Assembly (NCBI GenBank): GCA_034005245.1
Contig: JAVEVC010000002.1
Coordinates: 81,098 to 145,097, forward strand
Reading direction: 5' to 3'
Source: Bacteroidales bacterium
GTDB lineage: Bacteria > Bacteroidota > Bacteroidia > Bacteroidales > VadinHA17
Length of the DNA stretch: 64,000 bases
Under the pieces are notes generated by a model. It worked only from the letters and a program-made list of their open reading frames with translations. It did no database searches and had not been told where the DNA came from. Of this stretch, positions 58,552 through 64,000 are shown one piece after another (positions within the stretch are counted from its first letter, which is position 1; every line of letters begins with the position of its first letter). The position numbers and the translations under genes were made by a program.

Positions 58552-60354
58552 TTATCCGTATAACGGTCCGTAATTTTTGCATGCAAGGTAATCGGAACCT
58601 TCCCTGTTCATGCCGAATGCATTCCACACCGCAGGCCTGTAGATCTGATCTTCAGGTATATTGTGCATGCAAACCGGTATCCTGAGAAGGGAGGCAAGCG
58701 ATATAAGATCTGCTCCTATGTGTCCATAGCTTGAGGAACTATGGTTAGCTCCCCAGTTGGCCATAACTGAATAAACATCCCTGAAGGCTCCGTCCCCTGT
58801 AAGTCTGGGGGTGAACCAGGTTGTGGGCCAGGTTGGGTCAGTTCTGTCGGTAAGCACTTTACTTACCTTGCCTGGCACGTCAACTGTCCAGCCTTCAGCG
58901 ATCTGAAGCACAGGGCCCAGTCCCTTGACAAGATTGACCCTTGATATGGTTGTAGGCATAACACCTTCAGTATCAAACTGCGACGAGAAGCCTCCTCCCC
59001 TGAAATAACCTGTATTCGCAGGATCCCAACTAGTGGCTTTGAGACATTCTTCAGCATCTTTTTGGGTCATCTCGTAGAAAGGCTTAATGACAGATTTGCC
59101 TTTTGATTTTTGGCGTCCGGAAAAATCAAGAGCAGAAGCCCCTGAATTGATGAGGTGAATAAATCCGTTTTCGGACAAACCTTCAGGTTTGATTCCTGTT
59201 ACTCTTTTAATGGCTGCAGGACTCCAATATGTACGTATGTCAGAAAACATCTGTGCAGTATTGGTCAGAAGCCATCCAAAAAGCATGGGAACCCCGTTCA
59301 TGGCATCATTTTCGGTTGCAACAAGATAGGGTGGTCTTAATCCATTCCAGTCAAAGGATGAGCAAAGGATTGATTCAAGAAAATCTCCATTGGGCATGAA
59401 ATCGGTCCATTGGCGCTGACCCTGGAATCCTGCAAGTATGGCGTTATGACCCCTTGATTCCTCGCCAAAGCCTGCTTTCTTGAGCTCCGGATTTCCAACC
59501 ATGAGATCACGTGCTATCAATGTCATCTTAACAACAGTTTCCCAGTCTTTGTCTTTCTGGGCTCTGGTCTTTGGTTGTGAGTTCAGATCCTTACCTTCGA
59601 TACAGTATTTTTTAGTCCAGTCAAAAGCTTTTTTATACTCTTTTTTATCATATATGCCCTCGGTAAGCCTTCTTGTAAATTCGCTGAGATCAATATATTC
59701 AGTTCTCATGCCAAGGTAATCCTGGAAAAAGTCATCCCTGACTATCGATCCTGCTATTCCCATCGATACTGTTCCCATTGCCAGGTACGATTTGCCTTTC
59801 ATGTACGACACTGCCAGTCCGGCACGCACAAACCTCAGTATCTTTTCCTTTACGTCATCAGGGATATTCTTGTCTCCTGCATCCTGAACATCATGTCCAT
59901 AAATTCCGAATGCAGGCAATCCTTTCATGGCATGCGCTGCAAGAGCAGCAGCAAGATATACTGCTCCGGGCCTTTCTGTACCATTGAATCCCCATATTGC
60001 CTTCGGTATGGTTCCGTCCATGTCGATGGTTTCACTTCCGTAACACCAGCAGGGCGTTACTGTAAGGCTTACTCCAACACCTGTTTTGCTGAATTTCTCG
60101 GCACAGGCAGCTGCTTCAGCAACTCCCCCGATACATGTATCTGATATGATACACTCAACAGATTGGCCGTTGGGATAACGAAGGTTTTTGCTTATAAGTT
60201 CAGCTGCTGATTTTGCCATGTTCATGGTCTGGTCTTCCAGCGATTCCCTGACGCCTCTTTCACGACCATCTATAACCGGACGGATGCCAACCTTCGGGAA
60301 ATCTCCAATTACCGTCTGATAGTTTGTGTTTATCCTGAATTCTCCTGATGACAT
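58552..60354 (-). CDS. fucI: L-fucose isomerase
   Basis: The protein is 600 aa. [20 protein letters not shown]..., [10 protein letters not shown] and later regions match the FucI family pattern as I recall it. Confidence 0.93.
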   Translation of the reverse strand: MSSGEFRINTNYQTVIGDFPKVGIRPVIDGRERGVRESLEDQTMNMAKSAAELISKNLRYPNGQSVECIISDTCIGGVAEAAACAEKFSKTGVGVSLTVTPCWCYGSETIDMDGTIPKAIWGFNGTERPGAVYLAAALAAHAMKGLPAFGIYGHDVQDAGDKNIPDDVKEKILRFVRAGLAVSYMKGKSYLAMGTVSMGIAGSIVRDDFFQDYLGMRTEYIDLSEFTRRLTEGIYDKKEYKKAFDWTKKYCIEGKDLNSQPKTRAQKDKDWETVVKMTLIARDLMVGNPELKKAGFGEESRGHNAILAGFQGQRQWTDFMPNGDFLESILCSSFDWNGLRPPYLVATENDAMNGVPMLFGWLLTNTAQMFSDIRTYWSPAAIKRVTGIKPEGLSENGFIHLINSGASALDFSGRQKSKGKSVIKPFYEMTQKDAEECLKATSWDPANTGYFRGGGFSSQFDTEGVMPTTISRVNLVKGLGPVLQIAEGWTVDVPGKVSKVLTDRTDPTWPTTWFTPRLTGDGAFRDVYSVMANWGANHSSSSYGHIGADLISLASLLRIPVCMHNIPEDQIYRPAVWNAFGMNREGSDYLACKNYGPLYG

Positions 60355-60395
60355 TATAAATGAATTTAGTAGTTAATACGAATTTTGTCAGCAAA

Positions 60396-60403
60396 CAAAT
60401 ATA
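60396..60403 (-). promoter_or_regulatory. candidate -7 promoter box (TATATTTG on the minus strand) for fucI
   Basis: Plus-strand CAAATATA is the reverse complement of TAnnTTTG, 42 nt upstream of the fucI ATG (60354). Confidence 0.4.
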
Positions 60404-60812
60404 GTTATTTCTTGATACTATAATATCCATAATTTCCTAAACATACCAGCTTTTTCGCATGGTTTTTATCACCGCGACTCAAGGAATTCAACTCCTCCGG
60501 CGTTGATGTTGTTCAATCATTCAACATCCGGGGTGAACCAGGGTTTTTGACAGGCAATGCATCGAAACTGATTGATGTCAATACCGGCTGGATTATCATC
60601 TGAGAATCTTGGTCCTGCAACTTGATAAATGCTTGTACATCAAATAACCAATTCCTGAGGAATCGCCACCTGATAACCAGGATCCTGGCCTTGGGGAAAA
60701 TCAGGTTTTTAAATTTTCATCATTAGTAATGATATATTCAAATTAATGAAATTCCACTTCTGGATGATTATTTTTTCAGTACCCTATGAAAGACCAATGT
60801 GGTATGTTTTTG

Positions 60813-60820
60813 TACCTTTG
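60813..60820 (+). promoter_or_regulatory. candidate -7 promoter box (TACCTTTG) for lipA
   Basis: Exact TAnnTTTG match, 24 nt upstream of the ATG at 60844. It lies inside the longer track ORF (start 60799), which I therefore reject. Confidence 0.4.
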
Positions 60821-60843
60821 CCGGACCTAAGTTTCTTATTTTT

Positions 60844-61698
60844 ATGCAGAGAAGCAGAAGATTGCCATCATGGCTTAAGATGCAGCGTGCAAGCGGAGAG
60901 AACTATACCAGGGTGAAAAAGCTGGTGGAAGAAAACCGCCTCCATACAATCTGCACAAGCGGAAACTGCCCTAACATAGGGGAATGCTGGAATGCCGGAA
61001 CAGCCACTTTCATGATCCTGGGAGATATATGCACACGGGCATGCAAATTCTGCGCAACAAAAACAGGCAAGCCTTTACCGCCAGACATGCTTGAGCCTGA
61101 GCGTCTGGCTGAAGCTGTTAAAAAGCTGCAACTCAGACATTGTGTAATAACTTCAGTTGACAGGGATGATCTTCCTGACGGAGGCTCTTCATTCTGGGCC
61201 GAAATAATAAAGGCTGTAAAAAGGATGAATCCCTTAACGACCATTGAGGCACTGATTCCTGATTTTGACGGCAAACCTGAGAATTTAGAGAAGATAATTG
61301 ATCAAAAACCCGAGATAATCTCTCACAATGTTGAAACAGTAAGACGCCTGACACCTCTCATACGCTCCAAAGCCAGATATGACAGAAGCCTCTCTGTAGT
61401 GAAATATATTTCTGATGCCGGAATTTTAGCTAAGTCGGGATTGATGCTGGGTCTTGGGGAAGACGAGAAAGAGATTTATGAAACAATGGCTGACCTTAAA
61501 AATGCAGGGTGCAAAATTCTTACCCTTGGTCAATATCTTCAACCTGCACCAGGGTTTCTCGAAGTATCGGCGTATATTAATCCTGAAAAATTTGAAGAGT
61601 ACAGAAAGGCAGCCATTGAAATGGGATTCCGGTTTGTCGAATCACATCCTCTTGTACGTTCTTCTTTTCACTCAGAAAAACATGTAAAGGCTCAATAA
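60844..61698 (+). CDS. lipA: lipoyl synthase
   Basis: It has the auxiliary cluster cysteines CTSGNCPNIGEC and the radical-SAM motif CTRACKFC. Confidence 0.95.
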   Translation: MQRSRRLPSWLKMQRASGENYTRVKKLVEENRLHTICTSGNCPNIGECWNAGTATFMILGDICTRACKFCATKTGKPLPPDMLEPERLAEAVKKLQLRHCVITSVDRDDLPDGGSSFWAEIIKAVKRMNPLTTIEALIPDFDGKPENLEKIIDQKPEIISHNVETVRRLTPLIRSKARYDRSLSVVKYISDAGILAKSGLMLGLGEDEKEIYETMADLKNAGCKILTLGQYLQPAPGFLEVSAYINPEKFEEYRKAAIEMGFRFVESHPLVRSSFHSEKHVKAQ

Positions 61699-61705
61699 AA
61701 TTGAT

Positions 61706-61713
61706 TATCTTTG
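61706..61713 (+). promoter_or_regulatory. candidate -7 promoter box (TATCTTTG) for lipB
   Basis: Exact TAnnTTTG match, 26 nt upstream of the TTG start at 61739. Confidence 0.35.
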
Positions 61714-61738
61714 CTCGATTGAAAAGGGGAGTGGCGAA

Positions 61739-62449
61739 TTGAGTTATAGAGCTGTATATCAAGATATTGGAGTCAGGGATTACAAGGCAGCGTGGGATTA
61801 TCAGGAAAAAGTATTTACCCGGCTGGTTTCCGAAAAAATTTCATGGAGCAATAACTCAGACGGTTATGATGAATACACCCCAGGAACGCTTATATTTGTT
61901 GAACATCCACATGTCTATACTCTTGGCAAGAGCGGATCAGAAAATAACCTACTCCTCGATGCGTTACAACTTAAGGCAAAGGAAGCTGATTTTTACAGAA
62001 CCAACAGGGGAGGAGACATAACTTACCATGGACCAGGGCAGGTGGTAGGTTATCCGATCTTTGATCTTAACAGGATGGGATTAAGCCTCCGGGAATATAT
62101 TCATTGCCTTGAGGAGGCAATTATCCTGACTCTGCGGGAGTTCGGACTGAAAGGATCACGATTAACCGGTGCAACAGGCGTATGGCTGGATCCTGAAATC
62201 ACAGGAAGGGCAAGAAAAATATGCGCTATCGGTGTTAAAGCAAGCAGGTATGTAACAATGCATGGTTTTGCTTTCAACGTGAACACTGATCTTTCATATT
62301 TTGGGTATATTAATCCGTGCGGTTTTACTGATAAAGGCGTTACGTCAATGAAAAATGAACTGGGTGCTGCTCAGGATATTGAGTCGGCCAAGATGATAAT
62401 AAGAAAAAACCTGCAGAATGTTTTTGATCTGACTTGGGTTGAATACTGA
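61739..62449 (+). CDS. lipB: lipoyl(octanoyl) transferase
   Basis: EHPHVYTLG, RGGDITYHGPGQ and KICAIGVK (catalytic Cys/Lys region) are present. The start codon is TTG, with no in-frame ATG nearby. Confidence 0.9.
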   Translation: MSYRAVYQDIGVRDYKAAWDYQEKVFTRLVSEKISWSNNSDGYDEYTPGTLIFVEHPHVYTLGKSGSENNLLLDALQLKAKEADFYRTNRGGDITYHGPGQVVGYPIFDLNRMGLSLREYIHCLEEAIILTLREFGLKGSRLTGATGVWLDPEITGRARKICAIGVKASRYVTMHGFAFNVNTDLSYFGYINPCGFTDKGVTSMKNELGAAQDIESAKMIIRKNLQNVFDLTWVEY

Positions 62450-62452
62450 GTG

Positions 62453-64000
62453 ATGGAGAAGAAATGGATCATTAAGGAAAAAGGCGACGTTTCTGTGATT
62501 ATGAGACTGGCAGATGCGTTAGACGTTTCCATTCCGCTTGCCAATCTTATGGTTCAAAGGCAAATAACTACTCCCGGGGAGGCCAGATCATTTTTTGAAC
62601 CGGATCTGTCAATGCTTCACGATCCCTTCCTGATGAAGGATATGAACATTGCGGTTGAAAGAATCTCTACCGCAATAAAAAAGAATGAGAAAATACTTGT
62701 TTACGGAGATTATGACGTTGATGGGACAACAGCTGTTGCAATGATGTATTCATTCCTTAAGGAACAGTATTCGAATGTTGAATTCTATATTCCCGACAGG
62801 TACAGGGAAGGTTATGGTGTTTCGGTTGTTGGAATTGATTATGCATATCAGAATAATTGCAGGGTCATGATAACCCTCGATTGCGGAATAAAAGCAGTTG
62901 AGAAAATTAAATATGCCCGGACAAAAGGCATTGATGTAATAGTATGTGACCACCATTACCCTGGTGATGAGATACCCAAAGCCGTTGCTGTTCTTGATCC
63001 TAAACAGCCTTCATGCTCCTATCCCTATAAGGAGCTTTCGGGCTGCGGAGTTGGTTTTAAACTGATACATGCTTTTTCAAGAGTGCAAGGAATCCCTTTC
63101 AGCAAGATAATTCATTATCTCGACCTCGTTGCAGTGAGCATTGCCTCTGATATTGTTCCACTGAATGGAGAAAACAGGGTACTTGCCTACTTCGGGCTCA
63201 AGCAGCTGAATGAGGCCCCGCGAACCGGTCTGAAGGAGATAATCCGTGAATCCGAAGTCTGCAGGAGCCTCACAATAGAAGATGTGGTTTTCAAAATAGG
63301 ACCGCGAATAAATGCTGCCGGAAGAATGGAATCGGGAAGCAAGGTTGTTGAATTGCTCGTATCATCAGATATAAAACAGGCTGCTGATATAAGCAGGGAG
63401 ATCAACGGCTTCAATATCGAGAGGAGGACAGTCGACCGGAATATTACTACGCAAGCCATGCGGATGATATCCGAAGATCAGAGGGCAGTCAATGCAAAAA
63501 CAACGGTACTTTATAATCCCTCATGGAAAAAAGGTGTAATTGGAATAGTGGCATCACGTCTCATTGAGACTTATTACCGTCCAACAGTGATTTTGACCGA
63601 ATCAAATGGATTTGCTACAGGTTCAGCGCGTTCCGTGCAGGGTTATGACCTTTATCAGGCAATAGAATCGTGCAGTGACCTGCTTGAAAGCTTCGGAGGT
63701 CACATGTTCGCAGCTGGTCTGACAATGAAGAAGGAAAATATAAAACCCTTCATGGATAGGTTTGAAAAGTTCGTGGCCAATAATATTACTGAAGATCAGC
63801 TGGTTCCCAGGATTTTTATTGACTGCGAACTGGAGTTCTCTGAGATCAACGGGGATTTCTATAATTTTCTTACGAAGTTCCAGCCCTTTGGCCCTGAAAA
63901 CATGTCACCAATTTTCATGTCAAGAAGAGTGTTTGATTCAGGGACCGGAAGAATGGTTGGAACCAGCGGAGAACATTTGAAGCTCGACCTGGTCCAGGAA
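62453..64000 (+). CDS. recJ: single-stranded-DNA-specific exonuclease RecJ (5' 516 codons; runs off the right edge)
   Basis: It is absent from the ORF track because no stop lies in the window. The ATG at 62453 gives MEKKWIIKEKG..., with DHH motifs ILVYGDYDVDGTT, ITLDCG and VCDHH, then the DHHA1 motif GGHMFAAG. The frame is open to 64000. Confidence 0.9.
   Translation, partial: MEKKWIIKEKGDVSVIMRLADALDVSIPLANLMVQRQITTPGEARSFFEPDLSMLHDPFLMKDMNIAVERISTAIKKNEKILVYGDYDVDGTTAVAMMYSFLKEQYSNVEFYIPDRYREGYGVSVVGIDYAYQNNCRVMITLDCGIKAVEKIKYARTKGIDVIVCDHHYPGDEIPKAVAVLDPKQPSCSYPYKELSGCGVGFKLIHAFSRVQGIPFSKIIHYLDLVAVSIASDIVPLNGENRVLAYFGLKQLNEAPRTGLKEIIRESEVCRSLTIEDVVFKIGPRINAAGRMESGSKVVELLVSSDIKQAADISREINGFNIERRTVDRNITTQAMRMISEDQRAVNAKTTVLYNPSWKKGVIGIVASRLIETYYRPTVILTESNGFATGSARSVQGYDLYQAIESCSDLLESFGGHMFAAGLTMKKENIKPFMDRFEKFVANNITEDQLVPRIFIDCELEFSEINGDFYNFLTKFQPFGPENMSPIFMSRRVFDSGTGRMVGTSGEHLKLDLVQE

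Noticed and set aside
2756-64000. A scatter of DNA-processing genes (ruvC, DUF151 nuclease, recQ, recJ, HIT, comF) that could superficially suggest a defence or recombination island.
   Set aside because: They are dispersed among unrelated core genes and each is the canonical single-copy housekeeping form. None is adjacent to methyltransferase, helicase-nuclease fusion, reverse-transcriptase or other defence-type partners.

Overview
This window looks like a core chromosomal segment of a Bacteroidota (Bacteroidales-like) genome. It is moderately AT-rich and densely packed, with about 55 protein genes and 1 tRNA. Phylum markers include TAnnTTTG-type -7 promoter boxes in front of many genes, a PorP/SprF (type IX secretion) gene and a GH97 glycosidase.

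The content is overwhelmingly housekeeping: greA, ruvC, serS, rplU-rpmA, thyA-folA, tRNA-Leu(UAG)-tig-clpP-clpX, lptB, tatC, recQ, carB / argR-argG-argH / carA, rsmA, purH, the full rod-shape cluster mreBCD-mrdA-rodA, pgi, lysS, fucI-fucK and lipA-lipB-recJ.

I found no transposase, integrase, phage gene, CRISPR array, restriction or defence-type gene, or toxin-antitoxin pair, and I see no compositional break by eye. I therefore do not see a clear-cut novel multi-gene system here.

The observations most worth a second look are:
- A strong intrinsic-terminator hairpin lies inside the greA leader (GraL-like architecture). Terminator hairpins sit 11-22 nt upstream of the start codon of four co-directional genes: greA, serS, tig and the ABC gene.
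- A textbook tandem ARG-box pair overlaps the argR promoter and start codon, in a locus where carA and carB are split by an oppositely oriented argR-argG-argH cassette.
- A 1037-aa TerB-like/ABCG-like fusion transporter sits next to an uncharacterised helical lipoprotein.
- A bacterial homologue of archaeal cyclic-2,3-diphosphoglycerate synthetase is present.
- The fucI-fucK pair has an embedded small membrane protein and is followed by about 400 bp of unassigned sequence.
- A PorP/SprF gene is paired with a PD40-SPOR protein gene.
- Ribosomal protein L21 carries an 81-aa Lys-rich tail.

All functional calls rest on my recognition of motifs and families in the translated ORFs. No database search was run.
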